Source: an uncultured Candidatus Rokubacteria bacterium (GTDB lineage Bacteria > Methylomirabilota > Methylomirabilia > Rokubacteriales > DASRDR01). From it: a stretch of DNA of 64,000 bases. Positions 10,121 through 20,768 of this stretch are shown here, in pieces. Made by a program: the position numbers and the translations under genes. Below the pieces are notes generated by a model that saw only the letters and a program-made list of their open reading frames with translations, ran no database searches and was not told where the DNA came from. Location of the stretch: assembly GCA_963826115.1 (NCBI GenBank), contig CAWGVS010000003.1, positions 1 through 64,000 on the forward strand, written 5' to 3'. Position 1 is the first letter of the stretch, and each line of letters begins with the position of its first letter.

Positions 10121-11107
10121 CTAGAGCTTGAACAGCCGCTGGGCGTTGCGGCCCCGCACGGCCTCCCGCTGCCCGGACGGGAGCGCGTCGACCCGCGCCA
10201 GGCAGCCCTTCATGTCTCCGATGTTGTGCGGGTAGTCGGACCCGTAGAGCACCCGGTCGGCGCCGCCGACGTCGATGCACATCGCGAGGGCGTCCGACCG
10301 GTATGTGACCGAGTCGTAGTAGAGCCGCCGCATGTAGTCGCCTGGCGGCGTGGACGTCTTGGTCCGGGCGGCGTTCATCTTGTCGAAGCACTGATCCAGC
10401 CGCCCGACCAGGTACGGCAGCGCGCCGCCGGCGTGCGAGACGATCAGCTTCACGTCCGGATAGCGGTCGAGGAAGCCGTCGAACATGAGGCGCGCGATCG
10501 CCAGGCTCGTGTCGAACATGAAGCCGATGCTGGCGATCAGGTTGAACTCGCGGAGCGCCATCTCGGGCGTCCCGGGGGGCGCCGTCGGGTGGACGAGGAC
10601 CGGGAGCGCGCGGCGGTCGATCTCCGCCCACACCGGAGCGAAGAGCGGATCGGTGAGCGTCCGGCCGGCGATGTTGGCCAGCACCATGACGCCGACCGCA
10701 CCGCGGTCGCACGAGCGGGCGAGCTCCGCGACCGCGGCGTCGGGGTACTCCCACGGCAAGGAGCAGAGCCAGCGGATCCTGGAGGGGTACGCCGCCTGCG
10801 CTCCGGCCATGTCGTCGTTGACGACCTGCGCCGCCTTCAGGCTCACGTCGCGCCCGCCCCAGTACACGTTCGGGCACGTGAGCGAGATGATCGCCAGGTC
10901 GACCTTCGCCTCGTCCATCTGGCGGATGCGGTACGGGTAGTCGAAGTGCCCCGGCTGGGGAGTCATGAACGGGGCGCCGTCGAGGAAGATCCCCTCGGGC
11001 GCGTCCAGGCTCGTCCGGAGCTCGTAGCGCGGCCGGCCGTGGGCGCGCAGGAGCTCGAGCCAGTCGCGGTTCAGCATGTGAGTGTGGACGTCGATCGCGG
11101 GAGTCAT
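10121..11107 (-). CDS. amidohydrolase family 2 (ACMSD-like decarboxylase/hydratase)
   Basis: IDVHTH, VLVHP, SHAGGALPYL, LYGSDYPH. Confidence 0.9.
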   Translation of the reverse strand: MTPAIDVHTHMLNRDWLELLRAHGRPRYELRTSLDAPEGIFLDGAPFMTPQPGHFDYPYRIRQMDEAKVDLAIISLTCPNVYWGGRDVSLKAAQVVNDDMAGAQAAYPSRIRWLCSLPWEYPDAAVAELARSCDRGAVGVMVLANIAGRTLTDPLFAPVWAEIDRRALPVLVHPTAPPGTPEMALREFNLIASIGFMFDTSLAIARLMFDGFLDRYPDVKLIVSHAGGALPYLVGRLDQCFDKMNAARTKTSTPPGDYMRRLYYDSVTYRSDALAMCIDVGGADRVLYGSDYPHNIGDMKGCLARVDALPSGQREAVRGRNAQRLFKL

Positions 11108-11180
11108 GGGCGCCTCCGTCCCGGGCCGTCCGGGCTGAGTTCCGATACCGAGACGAGGGGACCGCGCGTCCCGGGCCTTG

Positions 11181-11795
11181 TCAAGGGGCGGGCGCGCCCC
11201 GGGGGGCGCGCCCGGTGCCCGGCAGGCCTAGTAGCCAGCGAACGGCGGCGATCAGGAACAGCAGGACGACGAGCAGGAGCGGGACCGCGAGAGCGTTCAG
11301 TAGCCACGACGCCCACCAGAGCCCGAGCGACGGGGTCGGCGCGCCACCGATGAACGCGTTGATGCGGGCCGCGGCCTCCTTGGGCGGTGTGCCGATGACG
11401 TAGCGCACTGACGGCGAGCTCCAGGCCGGGCCGTCCCGTGGCCGAAGGATGAGGGACGAGCCACGCGCGCCGCGCGAGCCCCCCTCGGACCAGTCCGCAC
11501 GCTCGACGTCGACGAGCGCGACCCGACGGACGGTCAGGAGGCCGAGTACGCGGTAGTCGACGGCGACGTCGACGCGGTCGCGCCGGGCTTCGGTCGCCGC
11601 CGGGCGCACCCCGCCCGTGCCTGCCGGCACGCGGTCGCATCGCACGACCACCCCGATGCCGGCCCACAACAGGAGGCACGCCATGAGGAAGAAGCCGACC
11701 GGGACCACGATCCACGACGCCTGTCGGACCCGTCTCGACACTGGTGCCTCCCGCCGTCCGTCTCGAGGATGTCCCCGGTCACGCTCCTCGGCCAT
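11181..11795 (-). CDS. hypothetical membrane protein (2 TM)
   Basis: Two hydrophobic segments flanking a soluble loop; co-oriented with neighbours. Confidence 0.6.
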   Translation of the reverse strand: MAEERDRGHPRDGRREAPVSRRVRQASWIVVPVGFFLMACLLLWAGIGVVVRCDRVPAGTGGVRPAATEARRDRVDVAVDYRVLGLLTVRRVALVDVERADWSEGGSRGARGSSLILRPRDGPAWSSPSVRYVIGTPPKEAAARINAFIGGAPTPSLGLWWASWLLNALAVPLLLVVLLFLIAAVRWLLGLPGTGRAPRGAPAP

Positions 11796-11888
11796 GGGCC
11801 GTCACGCGCGACCGGACGGCCGACAGTGTGTGGGAGGCGGCCCGCGGCCCGCAAGGCCGGTCGGAGCGCCGGCGGGCGGGGCGGCGGC

Positions 11889-12287
11889 TCAGCTCGCCTC
11901 GACGTCGAGGTCAGTGCGCCGGATGTCGTCGATGGCGCCGCAGCTCACGGGCGGGAAGAAGGCAGTCGACGAGGGTTGGCCCTGGCTGTTCTGAATCGAG
12001 TTGCCGAAGTCGAAGTTCGAGAAGGGGGCGACCTCGAAGTCCGCCGTCGACGTCGCGATCGTGTTGCCCGAGTTCTTGGCATCGTAGGCGAGGTGGACGC
12101 GGGCGCGCCGATTCCCGGTGTTCGTGGCGTGACCCCGGACCGCACAACGGTTCCCGGAAAGGCTCTCGCGCTCCTCCCCGGTGATGGTCACGCTCGAGAC
12201 GCCCTTGGAGCTGGTGTCGCCCTCGCACCCCATGAGGACGAGTGTGGCCAGACCCGCCATCGCCGCGCCGCTCATCCAGTGCCGCAT
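11889..12287 (-). CDS. lipoprotein with Ig-like (FxLYD-like) beta domain
   Basis: GGAG RBS; signal peptide with lipobox LMGC; VRGHATNTG motif. Confidence 0.7.
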   Translation of the reverse strand: MRHWMSGAAMAGLATLVLMGCEGDTSSKGVSSVTITGEERESLSGNRCAVRGHATNTGNRRARVHLAYDAKNSGNTIATSTADFEVAPFSNFDFGNSIQNSQGQPSSTAFFPPVSCGAIDDIRRTDLDVEAS

Positions 12288-12692
12288 CGTCGTTCTCCTC
12301 CGACTCGGTCGCGCCGTCGCGCCCGTGACGTGGGTCGTGTGCGAGGAGCGAGAAGGCGACATCCGGTCGCCCTTTCGTCATGCTGTCGCGATTCTCCCCT
12401 CGAGGCTCGTGACAGCTCGATCACGCGGCAGCGCTCGATTGGCGCACCCCCGACCGCGCGGCTCACGAATGGATCGCCGAGCAAGTCGTGCGCCATCCGT
12501 CCAGGGCGCGGGACAGGAGCCAGGGTGCCTTGACTCGCGGCGTGGATCGGCCCGCCCGTGCGGGGCTCGCGTGGGTCGGGGATCCTGGCCCTGGCTTCAA
12601 CCTGACGCCACGGTGTCGCGTGGATGCCAGCGTGTCCGGGAACCGACGCGGCGGATTCGTCGGCAGGCACACCGCTTGCTCCTTCGGACGGC

Positions 12693-13253
12693 ATGACTGG
12701 CGAGGCCCCACGAGAGGCCGAGGGCCCGACGGCGGAGTACCACGACGAGTATTCCGAGACCCTCGGCACCGAGGTGAGGAAGCTGGAAGACGCCCTCCTC
12801 AGCGACACCGTGAGCGTCCTGCCGACCCGTGAGCCGATCCGTCTCGACGAGACTGCCGAGATCGAGGAAGCGCTCGCGACCATGCTCGCCCGGGACCAGC
12901 TCGCCGTCGTCGTCGTCGATGGCGACGGTCGTCTGACCGGCATCGCCACCGACCGCGACCTTCTGAAGCGGGTCCGTGACGCCGGCGCCGACGCGAGGCG
13001 AGGCCGGCTGGCCGCGGTCATGACGCGCGACCCCGAGGCCCTGCGTCCGGACGACCGCATCTGCTACGCGGTGAACCGGATGACGACGATGCGCTGCCGC
13101 ACGGTGCCGGTCGTCGACGAGGAGCGGCATCCGATCGGGATCGTGACCGTCGAGGACATCGCCCAGTGGCTGGCCGCGCTTTTCCCCGAAGCCACGCTGA
13201 ACCTTCGGCCGGGAGACCGGTTGAAGCAGCCGTCCGAGCGTGACGGCGGTTGA
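12693..13253 (+). CDS. CBS-domain protein
   Basis: VVVDGDGRLTGIATDRDLL, VMTRDP, VPVVDEERHPIGIVTVEDI. Confidence 0.88.
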   Translation: MTGEAPREAEGPTAEYHDEYSETLGTEVRKLEDALLSDTVSVLPTREPIRLDETAEIEEALATMLARDQLAVVVVDGDGRLTGIATDRDLLKRVRDAGADARRGRLAAVMTRDPEALRPDDRICYAVNRMTTMRCRTVPVVDEERHPIGIVTVEDIAQWLAALFPEATLNLRPGDRLKQPSERDGG

Positions 13254-13370
13254 CACGCTCACCGGCCCGGCCGGGGTCAGCCGTCGCGTGGTCCCTGCTG
13301 GCGAGACACGCCGCGTGGATCGCGGCCCGGACCGGCCCACTCCACACTCACGCCGAACAGGAGGTCACTC

Positions 13371-13781
13371 ATGACGCGTCACCTCGCACTCACGCTCGCG
13401 ACGATCGGGCTCTTGGGGCTCGCGGGGGCGGGCCTCGCGCAGGCCGCCGAGCCCGTCAGGATGCAGCTCACGCCGCAGAACAGCTCCGGTGAGAGCGGGA
13501 CCGCCCTGCTCACCGACGAGGGGAACAAGACGAAGGTGGTGGTCCAGATCAACGGCCAGCCCACCGGCACACCCCAGCCGCTCCACATTCACAAGGGGAC
13601 GTGCGCGAAGCTCGACCCAGCGCCGGCCTACGGGCTCACGACGCTGACCGACGGGAAGTCGGAGACGACGGTCGACGTGCCGCTGAACTCGCTGCGTACG
13701 GGCGCGTACGCGATCAACGGGCACAAGTCGGCCCAGGACGCCAAGACCTACGTCTTCTGCGGGAACATCCCCACCCCGTAG
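13371..13781 (+). CDS. secreted protein, CHRD/Cu-Zn SOD-like fold
   Basis: AGGAGG RBS, signal peptide, [34 protein letters not shown]. Confidence 0.75.
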   Translation: MTRHLALTLATIGLLGLAGAGLAQAAEPVRMQLTPQNSSGESGTALLTDEGNKTKVVVQINGQPTGTPQPLHIHKGTCAKLDPAPAYGLTTLTDGKSETTVDVPLNSLRTGAYAINGHKSAQDAKTYVFCGNIPTP

Positions 13782-13795
13782 CGCGGAGGATCGCG

Positions 13796-14005
13796 ATGCC
13801 ACCGAAGGATCGACCGAGACCGCGGCCGGTGGGGCCGCCACCGAGCGACGGCGCGGAACTGAAGCGGGCGCCGCGTCCGAACGAGCCCTCCGAGGACTTT
13901 GCCGAGCGGCGCGACATCGAGACCGCGGACGAGCCCGCGGGCGCGCACGACCGTCGCCACCACGACCGGGACGACACCGGCGTGGAGTCCTCCCGGCCCG
14001 TCTGA
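13796..14005 (+). CDS. small disordered hypothetical protein
   Basis: GGAGGA RBS and ATG just after the previous stop; low-complexity charged sequence. Confidence 0.4.
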   Translation: MPPKDRPRPRPVGPPPSDGAELKRAPRPNEPSEDFAERRDIETADEPAGAHDRRHHDRDDTGVESSRPV

Positions 14006-14208
14006 CGGGCCCCGCGGCCGGGGTCCGCTCGCGCGCGCGGACCTCGGCATGCCACACCGAGCCGGCGCGCCCGGGCGCCTCGGCGACCTCGCCGGGCGCT
14101 CGACGCGCCGGCGCCTCCCCCCCCACGTCCCGGTCTGGGCTATCCTGGGCTCGCGACGGGCGCCGGACGCGCGCGCAGACAACCGCGACCGAGGGAGCCG
14201 GAGGCGAG

Positions 14209-15075
14209 ATGATCGAGCGACGATCGTTCGGACGGACCGGTCACCACAGCTCGGTGACCCTCTTCGGCGCAGCCGCCCTCGCCCGTGCCACCCAGGCCGA
14301 GGCGGACCGCACGCTCGAGCTCTTGCTCCGGCACGGCGTGAACCACATCGACACCGCCATGCGCTACGGCGACTCCGAGCTGCGCATCGGACCGTGGATG
14401 GCCCGCCATCGCAAGGACTTCTTCCTCGCCACGAAGACCGGCCAGCGCGCCGCCGGTGAGGCCCGCGAGGACATCCACCGCTCGCTCGAGCGCCTTCGCG
14501 TCGACCACGTCGACCTGATCCAGCTCCACGCGCTCTGGCACCCCGACGACTGGGAGCAAGCCATGGGACCCGGGGGCGCGCTCGAGGCCGTCGTCGAGGC
14601 GCGCGCCCAGGGGCTGGCGCGGTTCATCGGGGTCACCGGCCACGGCTGGACGATCGCCGCGATGCACCGGCGGAGCCTCCTCCGCTTCGACTTCGACTCG
14701 GTGCTGCTGCCGTACAACTACTTCATGGCCCAGGACGAGCGCTACCGGCGGACGTTCGAGGAGCTCCTCGCGACCTGCCGCGAGCGTAACGTCGCCGTGC
14801 AGGTCATCAAGTCGGTCGCCCGCGGGCCGTGGGCCACGACCGAGCGGACCCACACGACCTGGTATCAACCGCTCGAGGACCAGGCGGACATCGACCGCGC
14901 GGTCCACTGGGTGTTGGACATCCCCGGCGTGTTCCTCAACACGCCGGGCGACCTCGGGCTGCTCCCGCGGGTCCTCGACGCCGCGGACCGCTTCCGGCAC
15001 CGCCCCACGGACGACGACATGGGCGCCATGCTCGCCGGGCAGCGGATGACGTCGCTCTTCGGGCTCCCCACCTGA
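14209..15075 (+). CDS. aldo/keto reductase
   Basis: [49 protein letters not shown]. Confidence 0.92.
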   Translation: MIERRSFGRTGHHSSVTLFGAAALARATQAEADRTLELLLRHGVNHIDTAMRYGDSELRIGPWMARHRKDFFLATKTGQRAAGEAREDIHRSLERLRVDHVDLIQLHALWHPDDWEQAMGPGGALEAVVEARAQGLARFIGVTGHGWTIAAMHRRSLLRFDFDSVLLPYNYFMAQDERYRRTFEELLATCRERNVAVQVIKSVARGPWATTERTHTTWYQPLEDQADIDRAVHWVLDIPGVFLNTPGDLGLLPRVLDAADRFRHRPTDDDMGAMLAGQRMTSLFGLPT

Positions 15076-15125
15076 GCCGCGCCGCGCGACGCAGAGCCTG
15101 ACCCGCCTCCGGGCGCCGGATCCCC

Positions 15126-16079
15126 ATGCGCATCGGCATCCTGCTCCCGACCCGCGCCATCGTCATGCAATCGGCCCGGCGACCGGCGGTCGACGAGTGC
15201 TGGGACATGGCGCGCCACTGCGACGAGGCCGGGTACGACGCCGTCTGGGTCGGCGACAGCGTCGTCGCCAAGCCGCGCCTCGAGCCGCTCACGACCCTGG
15301 CCTACGTCGCCGCGATGACGCACCGGGTCCGCCTCGGCACCGCCGTCCTGCTGCCGGCCCTCCGGCAGCCCGTGGTGCTGGCCCACCAGATCGCGAACCT
15401 CGATCAGATCTCCCGGGGCCGCGTGGTGCTCGGCCTCGGCGTCGGCTGGAGCCTCCCGTCGGCCGAGCGCGAGTGGGCCGCCTGCGGCATGGACCACAAG
15501 CGGCGCGCGCGGCGGCTGGAGGAGCACGTCGAGGCCTGGCGGATGCTCTGGCGCGGTGACCCGGTGACCTGGCAGGCCCACGGCGTCGTGCTGGCCGACC
15601 ACACCATCGGCCCGCTCCCCTGGACCCCCGCGGGGCCACCGGTCCTGATCACCGCCGGCAACCGGGGCGAGCTCCTGCCGGCGCAGCTCGACCGGTTCGC
15701 GACGCTCGGCGACGGCCTCATCACCACGTACGTCGACGCCGCGGAGTGCCGCGCGCTGCGCGAGCGGGCGGACGCGGCCCTGGCCCGGCACGGGCGCGCG
15801 CTGCCGGACTACCCCCTCTGCGTCTACACGACCGTGCGGCTCGACGACGATGTCGAGCGCGCGCGTCGCACGACGACGGAGTTCCTGGCCGCCTACTACG
15901 GCGGCGGTGTGCACCAGCGGGGTACGATGGGGCTCGGCCCCGCGGCGGTGGTCGTCGATGCGCTCCGGAGCTACGCCGCCGGCGGCGTCACGGACCTCTG
16001 TGTCCGCCTGGTCGGCGACGATCAGCGCGCGCAGCTCGCGCGCTTCACGGACGAGGTGCTGCCGGCGCTCCGCGGCTGA
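15126..16079 (+). CDS. LLM-class flavin-dependent oxidoreductase
   Basis: GYDAVWVGD, EPLTTLAYVAAMT, RLGTAV, LDQISRGRVVLGLGVG. Confidence 0.9.
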   Translation: MRIGILLPTRAIVMQSARRPAVDECWDMARHCDEAGYDAVWVGDSVVAKPRLEPLTTLAYVAAMTHRVRLGTAVLLPALRQPVVLAHQIANLDQISRGRVVLGLGVGWSLPSAEREWAACGMDHKRRARRLEEHVEAWRMLWRGDPVTWQAHGVVLADHTIGPLPWTPAGPPVLITAGNRGELLPAQLDRFATLGDGLITTYVDAAECRALRERADAALARHGRALPDYPLCVYTTVRLDDDVERARRTTTEFLAAYYGGGVHQRGTMGLGPAAVVVDALRSYAAGGVTDLCVRLVGDDQRAQLARFTDEVLPALRG

Positions 16080-16115
16080 CGGGAAGGGTCGGCGACGCGG
16101 GCGGGCGCCGCCGGC

Positions 16116-17231
16116 TCAGTGCGGGCCGACGATCTCCGTGACCCGGGGACCGGTCTGCGCGATGTCGCCCTTGACGACCGGCAGACCCGCGTCGTGCCAC
16201 CCCGCGGTGCCGCCGGCGAGGCTGTACACCATCGGGAAGTCGGCCTGCTTCAGGAACTGCGCCGCCCGGTGGGAGCGGACCCCGCTGTGGCACACCACCA
16301 GCGGCACGCTGCCGGCGGGGATCTCCGCGAGCCGCGTCGCCAGCTGGGACTGCGGGATGTGGTGCGCCCCCGGGATGTGCACGCGCTCCCACTCCTCGTC
16401 CTCGCGCACGTCCAGCACCCACCACTCGCGGCCGTCGATCTTCGGGCGCGCCTGCTCGATCGTCACGTCCTGCACGTGCGGCAGCGGGTGGCGGAGCATG
16501 GCCCAGCCGAGGGGCGCGGCGCCGCGGTTGGTGGCGATGATCGCGTCCATGTTCAGCGGCCGGGCGGGACGCGAGGAGATCAGCTCCCGCACGAAGGCCT
16601 CCTTCGTCGGCAGCTGCAGCATCGGGTTGAAGCGCCGCTCGAACCCGATCGTGGAGCTCGGCCGGCCGCACATCCCGCGCCCGCACGAGCCCTCGAAGTG
16701 GGCGGGAAACACCTCGACGTAGTCCTCGAGGCCGAGGAGGCGCTGGCTGCTCTCGTACTGCTGGCCGGCCGCGTCCGGCCCGCCGAAGTCCGGCCGGCCG
16801 ACGTCACCCACGAACAGGCAGTCCCCCGTCAGCACCATCGACGGCAGCGGGCTCCGCGGAGGGTTCGTGATGAGGAGCGAGATGGACTCCGGGCGGTGGC
16901 CGGGCGTGTGCAGCACCTCCAGCACCACGGGGCCGAGGCTCAGCTTCTGCCGGTCGCGCAGCTTCTCGAAGGGGAACAGGACGTCCGCCGACTCGTGCAT
17001 GGAGACGGGCACCCCGGTCTCCGCGGAGAGCCGCCGGCTCCCGGACACGTGGTCGGCGTGGAGGTGCGTGTCGACGATGTAGCGCACTTTCAGCCCGCGG
17101 TCCTGGATCACCTCGAGATAGGGCTGGATCTCCAGGGCGGCATCGACAATCGCGCAGTCGCGCGTCGCGCGGGACGCCACGACGTAGGAGGAGCAGCCAC
17201 AGTCCTCGTTCAAGATTTGCTTGAAATACAT
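16116..17231 (-). CDS. MBL-fold persulfide dioxygenase-rhodanese fusion
   Basis: DTHLHADHVSG, HTPGH, GDCLFVGDVGRPD, PAHFEGSCG; C-terminal LDVREDEEW..HIPGA..CHSGVRS. Confidence 0.9.
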   Translation of the reverse strand: MYFKQILNEDCGCSSYVVASRATRDCAIVDAALEIQPYLEVIQDRGLKVRYIVDTHLHADHVSGSRRLSAETGVPVSMHESADVLFPFEKLRDRQKLSLGPVVLEVLHTPGHRPESISLLITNPPRSPLPSMVLTGDCLFVGDVGRPDFGGPDAAGQQYESSQRLLGLEDYVEVFPAHFEGSCGRGMCGRPSSTIGFERRFNPMLQLPTKEAFVRELISSRPARPLNMDAIIATNRGAAPLGWAMLRHPLPHVQDVTIEQARPKIDGREWWVLDVREDEEWERVHIPGAHHIPQSQLATRLAEIPAGSVPLVVCHSGVRSHRAAQFLKQADFPMVYSLAGGTAGWHDAGLPVVKGDIAQTGPRVTEIVGPH

Positions 17232-17398
17232 GGCGCCAAGGTACGGCCCGGGGCCCGGCCCGTCAACGGTCATGTTCCCCGGCCCGCACGTCGAGGCTCT
17301 CGGCGAGGGCGTGGAGTAACGGAGCGGCGCGGTGGTCGGGGCTTGAGGCCGCGCCGAACGGCACCCGGCCGTCCCTCGTCAGCGCGGCCGGGCGGGTC

Positions 17399-17899
17399 TC
17401 AGGCCCGCGCCGCTCGCCCGGGGTGGAAGCGGGCCACGGCGCGGATTCCCAGCACGATGAAGGCGACGAGGACGAGGAGCTGCGTGGCGACGAACGGCGG
17501 CTCCGACTGGGTCGGGGCAAGCGGGGTCAGGAACGACAGCTTCTGGAACGCCTGCACCACCCCGACGAAGACGTTCAGGTAGAGCGACGCCACGGCCGTC
17601 ACGACGTAGATCCAGCGCCAGGATCCGGAAAGCCCGCTCACGTAGAGGCCCAGCACCGAGAGCGCGAGGAGCGCCAGCGAGATGGCGCCCACCACGTGGG
17701 GCGGCCCGATCGCCTTGAACGGGAACATGAATCCCGTCACGCTCGTCAGGATCGTGGTCACCAGGAAGACCGCGGTCCAGCCGCCGCGCATCCGCCCGCC
17801 GAGCATGTCGCAGAGCACGACGAGCCCCGACACGATGCCGACGAGGCTGATGATCACGTGGAGCTGGGTGAAGGCCGAGAGCGACAGGCCGAGCATCAT
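17399..17899 (-). CDS. conserved membrane protein
   Basis: LHVIISLVGIVSG, TSVTGFMFP, LYLNVFVGVVQAFQK, APTQSEPPF; about 5 TM; AAGGA RBS. Confidence 0.8.
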   Translation of the reverse strand: MMLGLSLSAFTQLHVIISLVGIVSGLVVLCDMLGGRMRGGWTAVFLVTTILTSVTGFMFPFKAIGPPHVVGAISLALLALSVLGLYVSGLSGSWRWIYVVTAVASLYLNVFVGVVQAFQKLSFLTPLAPTQSEPPFVATQLLVLVAFIVLGIRAVARFHPGRAARA

Positions 17900-18131
17900 G
17901 GCGCGTCCTTTCCGGGCGGCCACAACGCGGCATCGCCCGGGCGGATCATACCCCACTCCCCCGCGGGCGACGATCGCGGCACCACGCCGGATGGGCGCTG
18001 GTGCCGGCAGGCAGCTTCCCCGCGTTCTACGCTCGCACACGGGCCGAGACGGGAACGGCCCCGCATCCCCGCGCCGGACGGCTCAGTCCAGCGGCAGCGT
18101 CTGACCCCGCGAGGGGTGCGGCCAGCTCAGA

Positions 18132-18617
18132 TCAGTCCGGCCCAGCGCCCAGCGCGGCACGGGCGGCTTCGAGGCGGCGCTCCTCGACCCGCTCGTGTTG
18201 CGCCTCGGCACGCGTGGCGAGGCGGCCGAAGTCCGCGCCGGACAGGCGTGGATCGGTTGGAGCCACGAGCACGAGGGCTCGCCACAGGGCGAGCTTCCCG
18301 AGGATGCCGAGCGCCACGGTCTCGAGCGCCTCGAGGGTGCCGAGCCCCCCGGCACCGTCGCGGCCGAGCTTCAGTCGGCCGACCTTGGCGCTCAGCCAGG
18401 CCGTCGCCTCCTTCACGACGCCGGATCCGCCGCCCGCTCGTTCCGCCAGCTCCGCGAGGATCGCGCGGTCCGCCTCCACGTCGGCACGCAGCACGCGGGC
18501 GAACTCGCCCAGGGGTTCGTCCGCGTGGTTGTCGTGGAGGAGCCCGAGGATCTCGATTGCCGCCGCCGCGCCGGCGAGGTGGTCGCGCAGGTAGATCCCC
18601 AGACTCTCGCCACTCAT
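18132..18617 (-). CDS. conserved helical (ferritin-like) hypothetical protein
   Basis: LGIYLRDHLAGA, LEALE..GILGKLALWRAL; AAGGAG RBS. Confidence 0.75.
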   Translation of the reverse strand: MSGESLGIYLRDHLAGAAAAIEILGLLHDNHADEPLGEFARVLRADVEADRAILAELAERAGGGSGVVKEATAWLSAKVGRLKLGRDGAGGLGTLEALETVALGILGKLALWRALVLVAPTDPRLSGADFGRLATRAEAQHERVEERRLEAARAALGAGPD

Positions 18618-18883
18618 CCGGTCGAGCTCCTTTCGCCGAAACGGTCGCATGCCGTCGCCACGCCGCGGACGCCGACCTGTCGTGCCGGCGACAGTCTGAC
18701 GGGCGGGCGCGCGGCCGCGAGCCGCACGTGTCACCCGGGCCCAAGCACGCGTGGACGACGGTGCAACGGAGGTGCCATGGCCACGACTTCTGTTGCATCT
18801 AACGCCAGGTCGGCGAGCGGGGCCGGTCACATGCGGCCGGCCCGCCGCGCATCCTGACGCTTCGCTTGGCGCCACCCCGTCCG

Positions 18884-19972
18884 TCAGGCAGCGTCGAGAC
18901 CGTCAGATCGGGCGGATCGCGAGAGTGCCTCGGCGCCCAGGAACACGTACCGCATCTCGGGGTGAGCGGACCGGATGCGTCGCTCGAGTCGATCGACGGC
19001 GCCGGCCACCTCGGACATCGACCGATCGGCGTGGAAGAAGAGCTCCAGGTTGAGAACGACCTCGTCGGGGCCGAAGTGCACCGCCACCACGCGGCCCACG
19101 CGAGCGACCGACGGTTCGGCGGCGGCCAGGCGCCGGATGTCGGCAAGCGTCTCGGGGGACGCGCTCTCGCCGACCAGCAGGCTCAGTGTCTCCCGGGCGA
19201 GCAGCGCGCCCACCGCCATGAGGATCAGGCCGATGAGGACGGAGGCGACCCCGTCGAGGGACGGGTTGCCGAGCCGGGCGCCGAGATAGATCCCGAGCGC
19301 CGCTACGACGAGACCGAGGAGCGCCGCGGAGTCCTCGAAGAGCACCGCGAAGAGGCTGGGGTCCTTGGAGCTCCGGATCGTGGCCCAGATACCTCGTCCG
19401 TTCCGCGACCGCTGAAACTGCCGGGCGGCCACGACCCACGACGCGCCCTCGATCACCCCGGCCGCGGCGAGGACCAGGTAGTTCCAGCGCACGTTCTCCA
19501 CGCCTCGCGGATGCATGAGGTGCAGGATGCCCTCGTAGGCCGACATCCCGCCCCCGACCGCGAAGACGATCACGGCCACGACCACCGTCCAGAAGTACAG
19601 CTCCTTGCCGTGCCCGAACGGATGCGCGGCATCGGCGGGTCGGCCGCTCCGTCGAAGCCCGACGAGGAGGAGCGCCCCGTTGCCCGTGTCGACGAGCGAG
19701 TGGATCCCCTCGGAGACCATCGCCGAGCTGCCCGTCACGCTGGCGGCGACGAACTTGACGGAGGCGATAGCGAGGTTGCCCGCGATCGCTGCCAGGACCG
19801 CCGGCGTCGATGTCGGATGGCTGCGACGGCGAGCCGGGGAACCGCTGGGGGGCGACGGGAGAGGGCTACGGAGCGCGTCATCCGCCGGTCCCGAGGAGAG
19901 GGCGCTGTCGGCTCCGGCGCGTCCATCCGGCCCGGAGGACCCCCACTGCGCCCCGTAGCCCTGTGTCTGCAT
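18884..19972 (-). CDS. cation diffusion facilitator family transporter (start uncertain)
   Basis: AAIAGNLAIASVKF, SSAMVSEGIHSLVDTGN, HPFGHGKELYFW, EDSAALLG. Confidence 0.9.
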   Translation of the reverse strand: MQTQGYGAQWGSSGPDGRAGADSALSSGPADDALRSPLPSPPSGSPARRRSHPTSTPAVLAAIAGNLAIASVKFVAASVTGSSAMVSEGIHSLVDTGNGALLLVGLRRSGRPADAAHPFGHGKELYFWTVVVAVIVFAVGGGMSAYEGILHLMHPRGVENVRWNYLVLAAAGVIEGASWVVAARQFQRSRNGRGIWATIRSSKDPSLFAVLFEDSAALLGLVVAALGIYLGARLGNPSLDGVASVLIGLILMAVGALLARETLSLLVGESASPETLADIRRLAAAEPSVARVGRVVAVHFGPDEVVLNLELFFHADRSMSEVAGAVDRLERRIRSAHPEMRYVFLGAEALSRSARSDGLDAA

Positions 19973-20141
19973 CTCCCAGGCGAGTGCACGCCGGGTGCCA
20001 CCCGAAATGTCCGCGCCAACACCCGCACCCCGCTCGCCGCGGCACGGCCAGCTTGTCGCCCGAGCGTCACCTCGGCGCGAGAACGCGTGGCGCGCGACGT
20101 CGTGACGGCCGAGTGACGCCGGCGGCCCGGCGCGATCCCGG

Positions 20142-20738
20142 TCACGTCGGCCTGAAGACGGCGGTGCGATCGAGAGTGTAGGCGGGCCTGCCGAGGTACT
20201 CGTCACACGCCGCCCGGTCCGCCGCGCGGTCGTAGTCGTGGACGAAGATCCAGCTCCCGGGCGCGCCGAGCCGGGCCGCCGCCTGGATGGACTCCCGGCG
20301 GCCCGGATGCGACGGCCCCCATCCCATGGGCCCGTCGACGAAGATCACGCCCCACGCGACCGCGCCGAGTCCCGACGGAAGCTGGAAGCCCGGATAGGCC
20401 ACCCGGTGGCACTCGGCCCCCGCGATGGGCTCGAGCCACTCCGGCCGGTCCTCGAGGAAGACGGTGCGCCCGCCCCGGTTCGCCCAGCACCACAGCCGCG
20501 CGTCGTGGCCGAGGCCGAAGACGAGCATGTTGACGGGGGTCCGGGAGAGCACGACGCCCAGGACGAGCCCGTACTCGACGTCGGACAGCTGGTAGGTCGA
20601 CGACCGGACGGCGTCGACGCGGCGCTGGAGCTCGTCGTCGACCGCGGGCCGGTAGCGCGACCCCGAGTACTTCAGGAGGCGCAGGGCGACGCCGCGCAGC
20701 GCGCGCCGTCCTCCGGACGGGAGCCCGGGCACGCGCAC
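20142..20738 (-). CDS. DUF579/GXM-like polysaccharide O-methyltransferase homolog
   Basis: NMLVFGLGHD...NRGGRTVFLED...WGVIFVDGPMG...PGRRESI...IFVHDYDR resembles the plant DUF579 motif series. Confidence 0.75.
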   Translation of the reverse strand: MRVPGLPSGGRRALRGVALRLLKYSGSRYRPAVDDELQRRVDAVRSSTYQLSDVEYGLVLGVVLSRTPVNMLVFGLGHDARLWCWANRGGRTVFLEDRPEWLEPIAGAECHRVAYPGFQLPSGLGAVAWGVIFVDGPMGWGPSHPGRRESIQAAARLGAPGSWIFVHDYDRAADRAACDEYLGRPAYTLDRTAVFRPT

Positions 20739-20768
20739 GCTACCGCCCTCCGCCAGGGCCCTCGGCCC

